NCBI GenBank assembly: GCA_964187785.1
Contig: OZ076409.1
Span: 94,118,001-94,182,000, forward strand
DNA length: 64,000 nucleotides
Direction of reading: 5' to 3'
Source of the DNA: Amphiscolops sp. MND2022
Taxonomy: Eukaryota
Shown here: piece after piece, positions 22,777 to 35,400 of the stretch
How positions within the stretch are numbered: position 1 is the stretch's first letter
Layout of the letters: each line of letters begins with the position of its first letter
Notes under the pieces: generated by a model
Told to the model about the DNA's origin: nothing
Databases searched by the model: none
Seen by the model: only the letters and a program-made list of their open reading frames with translations
Translations under genes and position numbers: made by a program

Positions 22777-23682
22777 ATGAACGGATATAGCTTGGTTATT
22801 GACATCTCTTCTGATGAGGAAAATAATCGCACGAGCACTCCGCTGAAAACGCTGCCACTGAATACGGTAGGAACTCTAAGTGACTCCTCAGTCGAAGTTT
22901 ACCGCGGGAGTGACGCAGACTTAGAGTCTTCTTTTGGTTCCGATGTCTCCCCGAGGAAATTTGGGCCCACCCCCAAAAAGAAAAAGAAGTTCGGGCGAGT
23001 CACGTTCAACTTGTCAGCAGCCAATTCGGACACAGATGACTACTACGAAGAGCCACCTTCCCCGCAGGAGCAGTCCTCTCGGGCAGAAACCGCGTCCACT
23101 CCGAAAGGTAAAATTCCCTTGCTGGGAAATGAAAGAATACCGAATACGGTCAGGCTGAATGACCTAAATGAACCCCCGCTAGCTGATCTGGACGCACTAT
23201 ACAACTTAGATTTAGAAGACCGTCAGTTCTCCGCAACCGCCAGACGTGACCGTGGCCTGAAAGCAATGGAATGCCCCAGACAACCCCCATTCTTACCCCG
23301 CAGGAAGGAAAACGTTCCCCCTACGGAGGGAAAAGAAAAATGCAATTGTACATTGGGCAACTCGAGCAAACCAAGTGGGCCACCCGAATTTTGTCCTGCT
23401 GTATGGGCGCAAATAGAAAAGGAAAGTCACGAAATGGAAGAAGAAGAAAAACTCATAGCCAAGATGAAGGAGGGCAGAGGTCTTGCTCGCGGCAGGCGCC
23501 TACACAACGGACGCCCCCCAATCATTATCCGAAAAGAGATCCCGCACTGCAACGCTCTACCCTTGTCTCTTGGTTCAAGAGGGGCCCTGTCACGACCCGC
23601 TCCCGGTCGTAATTTCTACTGCTGTAGCGGCATACCCGGCTTTGGAAGAGGTCGAGGACAAGGCCGAGGTAAACTCTATTAA
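22777..23682 (+). CDS. Accessory 301-aa ORF, copy 1; unknown function; overlaps PPT and first 95 nt of LTR
   Basis: ATG-initiated and intact in both copies; acidic/Ser-rich N-terminus, PKKKKK NLS-like motif, C-terminal GRGRGQGRG. Confidence 0.7.
   Translation: MNGYSLVIDISSDEENNRTSTPLKTLPLNTVGTLSDSSVEVYRGSDADLESSFGSDVSPRKFGPTPKKKKKFGRVTFNLSAANSDTDDYYEEPPSPQEQSSRAETASTPKGKIPLLGNERIPNTVRLNDLNEPPLADLDALYNLDLEDRQFSATARRDRGLKAMECPRQPPFLPRRKENVPPTEGKEKCNCTLGNSSKPSGPPEFCPAVWAQIEKESHEMEEEEKLIAKMKEGRGLARGRRLHNGRPPIIIRKEIPHCNALPLSLGSRGALSRPAPGRNFYCCSGIPGFGRGRGQGRGKLY
23577..23587 (+). promoter_or_regulatory. Short polypurine tract AAGAGGGG(CCC); copy 2 at 37849-37859
   Basis: Directly 5' of the TG that starts LTR2 and LTR3. 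Confidence 0.7.
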
Positions 23683-25932
23683 ACTAATTTTAAAACTAAT
23701 CTAAATTCTACTTACAGTACAGCTAAATCGATTGCAGATAATTTTCCAAATACAAAACCTAGCGTAAACGTTACGGAACACTTTTCAGAAATGATTTTTA
23801 GCTAAAACTTCCGGTCAAATATCCCCTGCGCGTGATAAGATTTTTCATTTCCGGTATGATCTTCTGATTTCCTGCCATACTAATCTAAACACTAAAATGA
23901 ACATTTATAATTGGGATCATTCTTTCCACTGGTCCACACTAAAATGAAAACATTAAAATAAAATTCAATTCCGAGATCCCAACGGAATTCATACAATCTA
24001 AAATGAAAAGGAACAGACAAATAATAGAGCGGAATTGTTTTCCAGAGATGAAGTGGTTGTCAATATTCACTTAAAAGCACAGCCATGTGATTTAGGCAAA
24101 TATTTACAACGCTATGGCAACGTCAATCTACTGAGCTAATATTAGGAATTTTGCTTCTACGGACCGATAACGTCACTCTATTGATAGAACTATTCTTAGC
24201 TAAGTCGAATAGAATCAATTTCGGTTGCCCCTAGCAACACCAATTGGAATAAGAGAAAGAGAATGAATTCACCTACGCACTCCTCTTTCTCTTCGCTTGG
24301 TGCGACAGCTAAGCTATGAGCAATCTCAATACGTACGGAACACTTACGGAGCGGATTGTAAAATTGTATTCCGCTGTTCTGCTATAGATAATCTTAATAC
24401 GTAGCACCTACGGAGCGAATTGTAAAATTGCAAATGAAAAATACTGCTTCAAACGAAATCCAAACGAAGCCTTTTAAATCGATGCATTTGAAAGATTTAA
24501 GAGTTATGATTTTACATAAGGAAAACTGTACTGTAAGGAAGAATGATAGAAAATTGCAATGGTAATTTTATGTTCTGGATTTGTATCATCATGGTAAATC
24601 ACTAAAACACGTTGACATTACGCCCTACTTAGTTCCTCTTTAAGGGAACAAATCTACTTGATTTACTACGGCATTCAAAATATATTAATGATAATCCTAA
24701 CGTAGGACGTAAGGTCAACGCCAATTCATAGGCTCCAAGCCAGTAGTGACAGTTGTATTTCATGATAATGACAATCGGGCTAGTGATCAGACTTCGATTA
24801 TGTTTTGATAAATTTCATGATTATTGTGCAAAGTGTTGAAGTTGCTTTCCGTTTATTATTACGAATATGTTGCGCTCATCTTTGTTGTATCTCGTTAAAG
24901 TCCCGTTTGGACTTAATTTGTGTTCAATGTAAACGATATAGCATACCATTAGCAGGTAATTCATATGTTTGAATTTGAGATTATAGTTTCAGCATCGTTT
25001 GTTCCTTTATACCAAATTTCCATGTTTTTCCTCCGCTTCCAAATTGATTTATTCCGTCGTCATTCCGTCACCATTTTTGAGTGTCATTCTGTTGCTTCGA
25101 ATCTCAGCTTCCCAAATTGGAAGTTGACTAATTGTTCATGCCGGTGTGCTTGCGCTGATGGAAATGCAAGCTAGACTTTTATTTTACCGCAATTTTGAGA
25201 CTTAAACAGGAAATGGGATTGCCTGAACAAAAATGATTTCAACAAATTTTACGGAACGCTGACGCAACTAGGAATTTTGATGCCTGATTTTACGACGCGG
25301 GACTGAAATGATATGAATCATTAGCGCTTTCTGTTGAACAAACCCGATTTTTGTGATACCTAGGAATTTTTAGGTGAGGAACAAATGATGCTGGGAAAGT
25401 ATAAATATGTAGTACATACATGTAAAGTTACAATTTTGACTTGCTTTGTGACAATCAGTTTTGTTCCGTTACTATAACGTATTCAAAAGAAAACTTAAAT
25501 CTTTGAAGAATTCAACTTTTCCAAAGATACCTTCTCTCCCTCTCTCGATCAAAATGACAACTAGAAGCCAGAAGAGGAAAGCTGTAGCTGAGTTAGTGTC
25601 AGGAGATTTCGAAGCTTCCCTGAATGAGAATGGCTCTATTGAAAACCTGATACCTAGTTCTAGTAAAAATCCTAGACTCGAGCTTGAAAACTTGGAGGAA
25701 ATGAAAACAACTCTGAGAAAAGAAATAATGACTGATCTAACAAAGATATTAGCCGAAAATCAAAAGGAAATGCTCAAGTTAATAGCACCAACGAACAAGA
25801 AACACACAGTTAGTTCGAACATACAAGATTCTGATTCTGACCAAGAAAACATCTCCGTAACAGGAACGTCCACCCCAGTCAAGACACGAACTGCGACTAG
25901 TTCTAAAACAACACCGAACAATAGTCGTAACA
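23588..25932 (+). repeat. LTR 2 (shared middle LTR)
   Basis: Preceded by PPT and followed by PBS; same length as LTR 1. Confidence 0.95.
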
Positions 25933-26962
25933 TGGTGACAGGAGTCCTCAATGATTCCACTAACCAACCCACCAAACGACCAAAAGCACAATGTATACTT
26001 AGCGAACAACCAAAAGACCGACCATCCACGTCAAAGATACTGTTCGCACCACAACCACAGACATTCCCATCAACCAATCTACTTCCGATGCCGAAAGCAC
26101 TCACTGCTTCGCTCCCAGTTTTCGATGGTAAGTCCGAAAAGTTTGAACTTTTTGAGGACCTATTCCGAAACAATATCAAAATGTATCCTCACCTAACCGA
26201 GATACAAAAGATCAACTACTTCCATTCACTCCTACGAGGAAACGCACTACAAGCGTATTGTAATCTAGATGACACCAAAAAAGACAACCTAGGAGAAGTC
26301 ATAACGGCATTTAAACGCCGCTTTGGTGATTTCCAATCATCCGCTAAAGCGAGATGTGAGTGGGACGCCCTGCATTTTGACCCCACTAAACAGAAACTCC
26401 ATGAGTTTCTTGACACCCTGCAAAAACTGCAAAGGAAGCATTCGGCTCAGAAGCACAAAAATTCATTGATAAAGCAATCTACGCCAAAATGCCGGATCAC
26501 GTCAAAAAGATCCTCAACAGAGCATATTTGGAAGATAAACCCTACAATGACATAGTTTTACATCTTGAGAGGGAAATGAGATTAAACGGACTAGGTGCGC
26601 CCGATGAAACAACCCTAGTCCCACTCAACACAGTGGACGCTGTAGTGACGGACCATAAAAAAGACCAACAACAACGAGGCCATTGTTTTCACTGTGGCAA
26701 ATATGGCCACTACAAGGCACAGTGTCGCAAACTTCAACGAGAACGTTATAATACAGCCAAAACAAACACAAAAGACCCAGCCCAAAACGAAGTACCCAAA
26801 CCCAAGTGTGATACATGTGGCAAGATGCACAAAACTGAGAATTGTTGGAACGGAGCCAACGCAGCAAATGACCCCAGAAAGAAGAAACGAGAATTCACCA
26901 TCCCAACCAACAAAATCAGTGAACAACCTGTACCTACCACGTCCTCTCAGCCAAAAAACTAA
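25554..26962 (+). pseudogene. gag: Gag, copy 2 (1-nt deletion frameshift)
   Basis: A5 at 26422-26426 versus A6 at 12148-12153 splits gag into 25461..26555 and 26489..26962. Could be a homopolymer sequencing error. Confidence 0.85.
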
Positions 26963-29900
26963 AGTCGCCGCGCCTACGATTTGGGGAAAAAGTAGACGCG
27001 AGGGCGTACACGATAGAGGACCCCCCAAACAGGTATGAAGAAGATTTTTTAACTGAATGTAATGAAGAACCAACTCAAGACTGGCAACGCCGCTGGAACG
27101 TAGGCATGATACTCAGGCATAACGCCAGACACCCAGAAGATCCAACGCCACTACCCCAGTGGATAACAGAATCGCCCGATAACTATGCGACACTCAAAAG
27201 ACCGTTACCGGAATCAAAAACAGACCGAATTTATATATATGACAGAGACTACAGATGTGACCCTTGGGATGAACCAACCATCTATGATACAAATAAACTA
27301 TCCTTCAAAATCCAAGTCTCAAACCCTCAAGCTCAAACCACGAAGACCACAAACCTACCGTCACCGCCGTCACCGATCCTGAAAAGAACAACACCGTCCC
27401 CAACAGCACCCGTCACCGTCACGTCCACACCGATCGATGCCGAAAACATCATATGCATTGAAGACAAAACAATATGGTCACGACAAGCAAGAGAACAGCG
27501 AGAAAACACCGCTTCACTCTCGTCATCACCACCAACCGCGCCATCCACAGCAATAGCCGCTGAAGACGAAGAAATAACGGAATGTCATCCAACACTACCA
27601 GAAGATCTAGATGTCATCAAAGAATTCATCCAGCACGACAAGGAAGACGACTACATCCCGTTAATGTCTGCAATTGCCCTCAAGAAGAAAAAGAGAATGC
27701 TCTTCTTACCAATCGAATTCAATACTGTCAAAATCGAAGCCTTAGTCGACTCAGGTGCGTACATTAATGCTATTAGCGAAAGGAATGCTGAAAAACTCCA
27801 CCAAAAGGCGAGTCAATGCATTGTTAACAAAGCACCTCCACCCCCTTTCAAAGTGCAATACGCCAATGCCGAACTAGAACAACCACTTGCCACGTACACT
27901 CTACGCTTCAAAATAGGAGATTACACTTTTGAAGAAACATTCATCATCATGAATCAAACGTCATTCCCCATAATTGGATTAGCGTTTCTACGAAAGCATG
28001 CCGCAATCCTTGACACGGCACAGGGAACCATCAACTTTCCCAAGATCCAAATCACGATGGCGCTCACAGACGAAAGACAAAAGTGCAATCCCAAACCCAT
28101 CACGATAAAGACCGAAGCCAAGCATACAATCCCAGCGCACTCTACCCGAGTCATCTACGCAACAATCCCTGTGAGTATTGAGCACCCAATAACGGGCACA
28201 ATACAACCCCTACCACAATTCGATGAATGCGCGAAAGTAATAGTAGCCCCAGCGATTACAACAGCTAGAGATAAAAAGCTCCCAATTAAAATCGCCAACA
28301 CCACGGATTTTCCATACACAATAGCCAACGACACCAAAATGGCCGAACTGCAAATCCTGAAACCCGAAGAAACGAAGATGATCCGCCCAGTTGACATTGC
28401 CGCCCTGAATCTCCTCAATGACCATGACGATGTGGTCACGTACATCAACGCACTAATGCAAGTAGAACGGCCAGAAGACAATGAAGAAAAATTCTGGTTC
28501 CCGACCCCAGAACACACAGGCAACGAACAAGAACATTCGCCCATACAAAAGCGAATCCTGAAAGAACTGCGGGACCTTGCCGAATTAGAAAAACTTGACC
28601 CAACCGAAAACGAAGACTCTCGCAACAAATTTCTATCAATGTTCAAATGGACAGACTCACTAATTACGGGCAAAGACCGTGAAAAACTTGAGGACACCAT
28701 TGTTGAATTCAATGACATCTTTGCTCGACACCGACTAGATATCGGGATGAATACACAGTTCAAAGTCAGCCTAACACCACAGGACGACAAACCAGTCTAC
28801 ACACAGATCTTACCCGTCCCGATCAACCTCAAAGAAAACCTAACAGTGGAACTGGCACTGATGCACAAATACGGCATCATCACGACACTCCCCTTCTCCA
28901 AGTACGCCAGTCCTATATTTGCACAACGGAAACCCAACGGCAAACTGAGACTACTGGTGGATCTGCGCAAAATCAACGCACTCATAGCAGATGACTACAT
29001 CAACAACAACCACCCTGTCAGCACCCTCTCAGATGCGGCACAACACCTAGCAGGGAAAAAACTATTCTGCAAACTTGACTGCTCCCAGGCGTATCACTGC
29101 CTTCAAATGGCAGACCAAAGGTCAGTAGAGTTACTTGCTTTTAATTTTGCTAGTAGGACGTTCGCCTATCGTCGTCTGGCACAAGGACTAAGCAGAGCCC
29201 TATCAGCCTTTTCGAGCTTCATGCGTGAGTATCTGGACTCAGTCATCAAAGCCGATCAATGTGCACAATACGTAGATGACATTGGCATTGCTGCAAACAC
29301 AACGGAACAGCTCATAAAAAACATCAGAGCAGTCTTCAAATGCATTAGGAAAGCAGGACTAAAACTAACCATCGAAAAATGCCATTTTGGAGTAACCCAA
29401 ATCGAATTTCTTGGCCGAATCATCACCCCCGACGGAGTAGCCCCGCAAGATCAAAAAGTCAAAAATTTCCTCTCCAAAGTACGCTTCCCCAAATCCAAAA
29501 AACAAGTTCAAAAGTACATTGGCTTTGTTAACTATTACCGCAACTACATACCGCGCTTGTCAGAAAAGCTCATTGGCATGTACGAACTTCTTAAAGCAGA
29601 CTCCAAGATCAGAATATCAGAAGAACTTGTCGATAACTTTAAGGAAATCAACGCCAGTTTAGCGGAAGCTTGTGGACTTGCGCTCCGACAGCCCATAGCA
29701 GGAAAACAATACGTCCTAATGACGGATGCAAGCTTTCGTGCGTCAGGCTACGCCCTCATGATTGAGGAGAACGATGAACGCAAAATACTCTCCAAACGAA
29801 AAACCTTCGCACCAGTAGCGTTCGGATCACGAGTTTTTTCACCTGCACAACTGAAAATGTCTATCTACTGCAAGGAATTCTTAGCAATCTATCATGCATT

Positions 29901-32250
29901 CCTCGAATACAGTCACATACTATGGGAAGCAACAATTCCAACCCTGGTCTTAACAGACAACCGCTCAGTAACGAGATTCTTCCAGACCAAAACGACACCC
30001 CCTGCACTCTGGAATGCCTGCGACTATGTATTACAGTTCAAGTTTCGAATCATGCACGTAGCAGGCTCCCAAAACACAGCAGCAGATTTTCTCTCAAGAC
30101 TCGAACTCACACCGAAAGAAAAGGTACAACTTAAACTACGAGACGACATCCTAACGTCCCCAATTGAGGTCAATCTACAATCATCAGATGTAGCTGACGA
30201 AGAACAACTTTTCTTCCTACCTGATGAAGAAGATGAATCTGAACAAGAAATCTTTGCCCGAAAAGCACTCAGCAAACAACGCGCCCTAGACGAACATGAG
30301 AGAGAACTATCAACAAAAGTAACCGAAGTCATCAAGATACCACTCAACTCCGCAGTCTACTCCTTCGGCGCAATCAAAGAAAATGCACGGATCAGAAACG
30401 AACAAGATGCAGACCCTCTCCTCAAAGCACTGAAACAACGGATCTCACATGAAGAATATGACAAACACCTTCTCAAAACTGAACCACGAGGACGAAACCT
30501 ATTACGCCATGAAGAAAGAATCATAATGAAAGATGGAGTTCTGATGCGGAAATACTACGGAGAAGACGGATCAGTCACCCATAATCAAATTATAATTCCG
30601 AAACACCTAGTCCCAGAACTCTTGGCCACTCTACATGGGAAAACAAATAAACATCCAGGAATCGCAAAAATGATACAAGAATGCAGAGCGAAATACTACT
30701 TCCCGGGTCTTGCACGTAAAATCAGAGCTTGGTTAACCAGCTGTCAAGACTGCATTGCCAATAAAAGAATTGACACAAGACAAATACGCCCCAAAATGCT
30801 AAGCAACACTGAATTCACAATGGGACCAGAAGACTGCCTAGAAGTAGACATTCTACCAAACCTACCTTCCTCAAATGGATACCAACACATCATAACGATG
30901 ATGGATGTTTTTTCACGTTACCTTTTCGCTTACCCGACACAGGACATGACAGCCAAAACAGTCGCACGATGCATAATAGACGTCATGACACGACACTGCT
31001 ACCTGCCGACCGTCATTCTAACAGATAAAGGATCACAATTCAGGTCAGAAGTAGTCAATCAAATAACACAAACATTGGATATACGGATAAGCCACGCATC
31101 GACGAAACACGCTCAAACAATTGGCATCCTAGAAAGGACTCATGCCTCTTTGAAAACCTCCCTAAAGATATCAACGGGAGAACGACGCTCTATGTGGCAT
31201 AAATATGTCCAGATCGCGGTCATGAACTACAATACGAGCTATCATGAAAGCCTAGGTTGTGAACCTACAACAGTATTTCACGGACGCATTCCGTACAACA
31301 TCCTAGACATAAAACTCGGATTGAAACCTGAATGGAAAAAAGATAACAACGAAGAACTGACGGATCAACTACAGAAGCAAATATCCGAAATACACCATGC
31401 CGCCAAAGAAAATCTAATGCAGTCCTACTTAAAGTACAAACAGTACTATGACAAGAAAGCAACAGCAACGCCACTCAAAGTCAACGACTACTGCTACGTC
31501 CTTAATCCGAAGGCAGACAACCAGTCAATGAAATTTGCCTTTAAAGATTGCATCTGGACTGGACCCTACATAGTAGTCAAAGTACTCTCGAACAACAACT
31601 ACGTCGTACGCCGCACGGGAACTAGGTATACTCAAACCCTCCACAGAATTCGCCTAAGGCTATATGCGCCCAATCAGCGAGTACCTGACGTAACAGTCAG
31701 AAGGGAAGATTACCTTCCAGACCCAGAGGTTAAAACAACCCACAATGATTGGTACGCGCAAGCTTGGGAAACCGAATTCGGAGAAGTTCTGTTCGGAAAC
31801 AATACGGAAAACGCCGCCAAAGAAGCTACACTTACAGAAATCGAAGACATAGCAGGAAACGACGAAAGTACAACGGAAAATGATGTGGTTAAAACAACCA
31901 CCAAAGAAAGTATAGTGGAAAATGACGTGGTTAAAATAACCACAGACGCACCTACAACGGAAAACGACGTGGCTCAAACAGCCACAAATGAAAATACTGC
32001 AGAAGATAAAACACCTTCCGACAATATAACGTCATTTGACCTAGATGTCAGCGATAACCCATATATTTTGACCCCACCACCGATACACAGCCCTCCCAAA
32101 ACACCCGAATTGCCGCCTATCGTCGTTGGATATAACCCTAGAAAAGTGGGAAGATACAACTTGCGACCTAACCCGAAACCCAATGTCAATCCTGATTTTC
32201 GAATGCTTGACTCAGTTATTACGGAGGACTCACGTCCAACTCAAGACTAG
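26953..32250 (+). CDS. pol: Pol, copy 2 (intact PR-RT-RNaseH-IN)
   Basis: Uninterrupted frame from the slippery site; catalytic motifs present (DSGA, KLDCSQAY, YVDD, TDAS, EVD/TDKG/ILE). Confidence 0.95.
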   Translation, partial: KKLKSPRLRFGEKVDARAYTIEDPPNRYEEDFLTECNEEPTQDWQRRWNVGMILRHNARHPEDPTPLPQWITESPDNYATLKRPLPESKTDRIYIYDRDYRCDPWDEPTIYDTNKLSFKIQVSNPQAQTTKTTNLPSPPSPILKRTTPSPTAPVTVTSTPIDAENIICIEDKTIWSRQAREQRENTASLSSSPPTAPSTAIAAEDEEITECHPTLPEDLDVIKEFIQHDKEDDYIPLMSAIALKKKKRMLFLPIEFNTVKIEALVDSGAYINAISERNAEKLHQKASQCIVNKAPPPPFKVQYANAELEQPLATYTLRFKIGDYTFEETFIIMNQTSFPIIGLAFLRKHAAILDTAQGTINFPKIQITMALTDERQKCNPKPITIKTEAKHTIPAHSTRVIYATIPVSIEHPITGTIQPLPQFDECAKVIVAPAITTARDKKLPIKIANTTDFPYTIANDTKMAELQILKPEETKMIRPVDIAALNLLNDHDDVVTYINALMQVERPEDNEEKFWFPTPEHTGNEQEHSPIQKRILKELRDLAELEKLDPTENEDSRNKFLSMFKWTDSLITGKDREKLEDTIVEFNDIFARHRLDIGMNTQFKVSLTPQDDKPVYTQILPVPINLKENLTVELALMHKYGIITTLPFSKYASPIFAQRKPNGKLRLLVDLRKINALIADDYINNNHPVSTLSDAAQHLAGKKLFCKLDCSQAYHCLQMADQRSVELLAFNFASRTFAYRRLAQGLSRALSAFSSFMREYLDSVIKADQCAQYVDDIGIAANTTEQLIKNIRAVFKCIRKAGLKLTIEKCHFGVTQIEFLGRIITPDGVAPQDQKVKNFLSKVRFPKSKKQVQKYIGFVNYYRNYIPRLSEKLIGMYELLKADSKIRISEELVDNFKEINASLAEACGLALRQPIAGKQYVLMTDASFRASGYALMIEENDERKILSKRKTFAPVAFGSRVFSPAQLKMSIYCKEFLAIYHAFLEYSHILWEATIPTLVLTDNRSVTRFFQTKTTPPALWNACDYVLQFKFRIMHVAGSQNTAADFLSRLELTPKEKVQLKLRDDILTSPIEVNLQSSDVADEEQLFFLPDEEDESEQEIFARKALSKQRALDEHERELSTKVTEVIKIPLNSAVYSFGAIKENARIRNEQDADPLLKALKQRISHEEYDKHLLKTEPRGRNLLRHEERIIMKDGVLMRKYYGEDGSVTHNQIIIPKHLVPELLATLHGKTNKHPGIAKMIQECRAKYYFPGLARKIRAWLTSCQDCIANKRIDTRQIRPKMLSNTEFTMGPEDCLEVDILPNLPSSNGYQHIITMMDVFSRYLFAYPTQDMTAKTVARCIIDVMTRHCYLPTVILTDKGSQFRSEVVNQITQTLDIRISHASTKHAQTIGILERTHASLKTSLKISTGERRSMWHKYVQIAVMNYNTSYHESLGCEPTTVFHGRIPYNILDIKLGLKPEWKKDNNEELTDQLQKQISEIHHAAKENLMQSYLKYKQYYDKKATATPLKVNDYCYVLNPKADNQSMKFAFKDCIWTGPYIVVKVLSNNNYVVRRTGTRYTQTLHRIRLRLYAPNQRVPDVTVRREDYLPDPEVKTTHNDWYAQAWETEFGEVLFGNNTENAAKEATLTEIEDIAGNDESTTENDVVKTTTKESIVENDVVKITTDAPTTENDVAQTATNENTAEDKTPSDNITSFDLDVSDNPYILTPPPIHSPPKTPELPPIVVGYNPRKVGRYNLRPNPKPNVNPDFRMLDSVITEDSRPTQD

Positions 32251-32404
32251 CTAAAAAACTCAACAAACCAAACCGAACCGGAATGGCTACGTCAATTTTT
32301 CTCAAGACTCTCTAAAACTACATACCCAAAAACTAATACAACAAAGATCAGAAGACAATAAAAAGAAAATATAACTACATCAAAACCCAAATGAAACTAA
32401 ATCA

Positions 32405-35400
32405 TCAACAGTTTTTGGACACTTTCTTAGACTTCGGCTGACTACCAGAACCATCATCATCAGCATCTCGTACAACTTTCTTTCTTCCTTTAGACGAACC
32501 AGCTCCACCACCCGAATCACCACCGACGTTTTTCTGCTGCTTCCTTTTAAACGAAATAGTAGCAGACTTAGACTCCGACTTCGTTCCGCCATTACTTGAC
32601 TTACTGCCACCAGATTTCATAGAAACAACACTTAGAGGACCTGTATCTTGCCTCTTCCGCTGGATCACAGAACTCAAGGAACCACTCGAACCAGCTGTAT
32701 CGCCACTATCCGATAGCCGGGACATCCGATTTGCATTGTTGTACTCCACATAACGGGCATCGAAGCTTTTCCGGCGCTCTGCGAGGAAAGTAGTAAATAA
32801 GGCACTATACTTCACAACAAAGGCATCTACATCCTCCCTGCAAAAATCTGTCCACATACTGAAGTCAGACGCTCCAAAGAATCTACCAGCATCTGCGATG
32901 GCCTTCTTCACAACTATAAGAGTCTGATCACTGAAGAAGGATTGATGCGAATACCCTTCGCTCAATATATAAGACTGCACCAGTTGCACACAGCTCTGAA
33001 AGTCTGCAACACTCAATGCAAAACCAGATAAATCCAGAGACACGGCAGGATAGCGTGCGACAGACACTCCCGCGACAAGACAACACAACTTGAATACCCG
33101 GAGCAAATGTGGTCGTGACAAGAACCCTACATCACGGAGCAGGTACGGCACCACATTCACAATGTCACCAGCAGACTGCCCTGACGAAGAATGATACCCA
33201 CGTTTTTCCACAATGAAACTTGCATGTTCCTCCAAAGCTGCACTACTTTCGTCCACACTCAGCGAACCACAGGATACAAGAATACGGCACAAATCCCCAA
33301 ATAGACTGAAAACGGCCACATCATCGCCTTCCAGCATCAACTCGGGGCAGAAACTACACATCCCCTTAGCAATAATAGAACGTGCATATGTGCTTTCCAG
33401 TAAAATGATGATCAGACGATCAACGAACTGACGACAATGAAGTCGGAAAGCCACATACTCTTTCGTCTTGCCTGCGGATAACTGTTGCCCCAAGTCATGA
33501 TTAGAGAGGAAAGAATCACACGGAACAACAGCGAAATCCCGGACCTTCACGGCATCCATGTAACACTCCCAAGCATGAATTTCAGGAAGACCACTGGTGC
33601 TGCGAGTTTTCAAGAGCAGGCAATACACAAAATTGCAAAACTCGCCATAAGCGCGGAAAGCATAATCCGCCTGATCCTGTCGAAATCTGGGGCAATTGTT
33701 GTAAACTAAAACATACACCATGATTTGTATACAACAGAAGAACAACCCTACCCCAATACACAAAAGAGGAAGACAGGAAAGAACAGCCACTAATACGAAC
33801 AAATACGCAGTCAACAACAGTCAAAAAACAATCTATCAACTCAAAAGAAAACACTCACAAGTATCAAGAATCACTTTCAGCAGACTGAACCGATAAGTTA
33901 TCATATTATCGGCAGTTAGTAACCAATCAATCCCCTGTAGCTAAAATAAACAACCTGATTTGACAAAAAGTAACACCGCAACTACACCGGACGGAAGGAA
34001 CAATTGTCACTCACCCGTTCAGCCTTGTCCTTAGCCTCAGGGTTACCAGTACATCGAACAAATGGACGTATTGAAGGCCATAACTCTATCAGATCTGACA
34101 GTACTTCCCGCAAATCAGCGAATTCCACGTGGCCCTGACGAACACTTTTACACAGTATGGCTCTCTCCTCCATCCAGTCCTCGTAAATGGCAGTTTTCAA
34201 ACGTAACACAGTATAATCCACCAGAGAAGTCACCTCCATCATACTGAACACGTCCTGATAGGCTTGCCGAATACAGCGAATCAACATCTCACTAGTGAAG
34301 GGCTGGTAAGACACAAAGACACGACTGTCAGCGCGAGTGTCACTCAAGACACGGACTAAGGACGGACTTCCGCCGACAATAGCCAAAGGCAACTTCCCAG
34401 ACGGTAAACTACAGACGACTCGTGCCAAGGGCAGCAACTCTGGTTTTGGCACACGCTGCAGCAGCGACTCACAACCGACACATACCTTCTTCAAATAGTT
34501 GTCTTCCCAGAAGAGAACGAAACAACGTTCTACCTCCGTATCCTTTTCGTACTGCAGAGAATACTCCCGAAATTGCCCAATGTTCTTGAACATCACGCGC
34601 AGCACTCGGGGAACAAGGCCTTGACACAACACGGACTGAAACAAACACCCAAATGACAAGAAGAAGGAAGAGAAAATAAACAACAACGGAGAGCGAAATC
34701 ACACAACAGTATATCTTTACGGTCACCTAGCGGCTTACAATAAAAGGAGCAAACACCACATAACAGAACACCACCCACTAAATGTACCAAACACACAAAA
34801 ATACTAACCACAGTCTCTGAGCGACTCCACTGTAGAGAGAATTCTGGATCCCGACCGCCCAGAGACGCAAGGAAGTAGCCCCACAGACGACGAACCAACG
34901 TGAAATCCCCGCCACTGCGCAACACATCACTCAAGCTTGAAACGAGAGTCATCAGTGGCACTTTCGAAGAAGCCTTCGAATGTTTGGGCAACATGTCCTC
35001 AGGGAAAGGAAACTCCCCGCCCAAATCCACGAAGGGCCGCGAAAGGAAGTCGTCCTTCTGACGGGCACTCAGCTCCATGGGCTCCATTAGCTTGTTGTAC
35101 ACAGGGAGACCCATGTGCACACGATATGTGACGTCCTGCTCCCAGTGCTTCTTTGACTCAAAGTGACGAGCAAACTCAGCTGACCCTTTTGAACCCATCT
35201 TTACGTCTCTTCTACAAATGCGACAATAGAAGACCTTTGCACTTCCACACTCTGAACCCGTCACGAAATCAGCAAACAATGGATTCAGCGCTAGCATCCG
35301 ACGGTGCAACAACTTCCGACTGCTATATTTCTTCGCCTTCGGGCGCTCAAAGTGACTCTCCACTTTCTCAACAAGCTCGCTGAAGCCTATAACACGCACA

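Noticed and set aside
22811..22830. CTGATGA...GAAA resembling a hammerhead ribozyme core
   Set aside because: No stem II or flanking helices; it encodes S-D-E-E of the 301-aa ORF.
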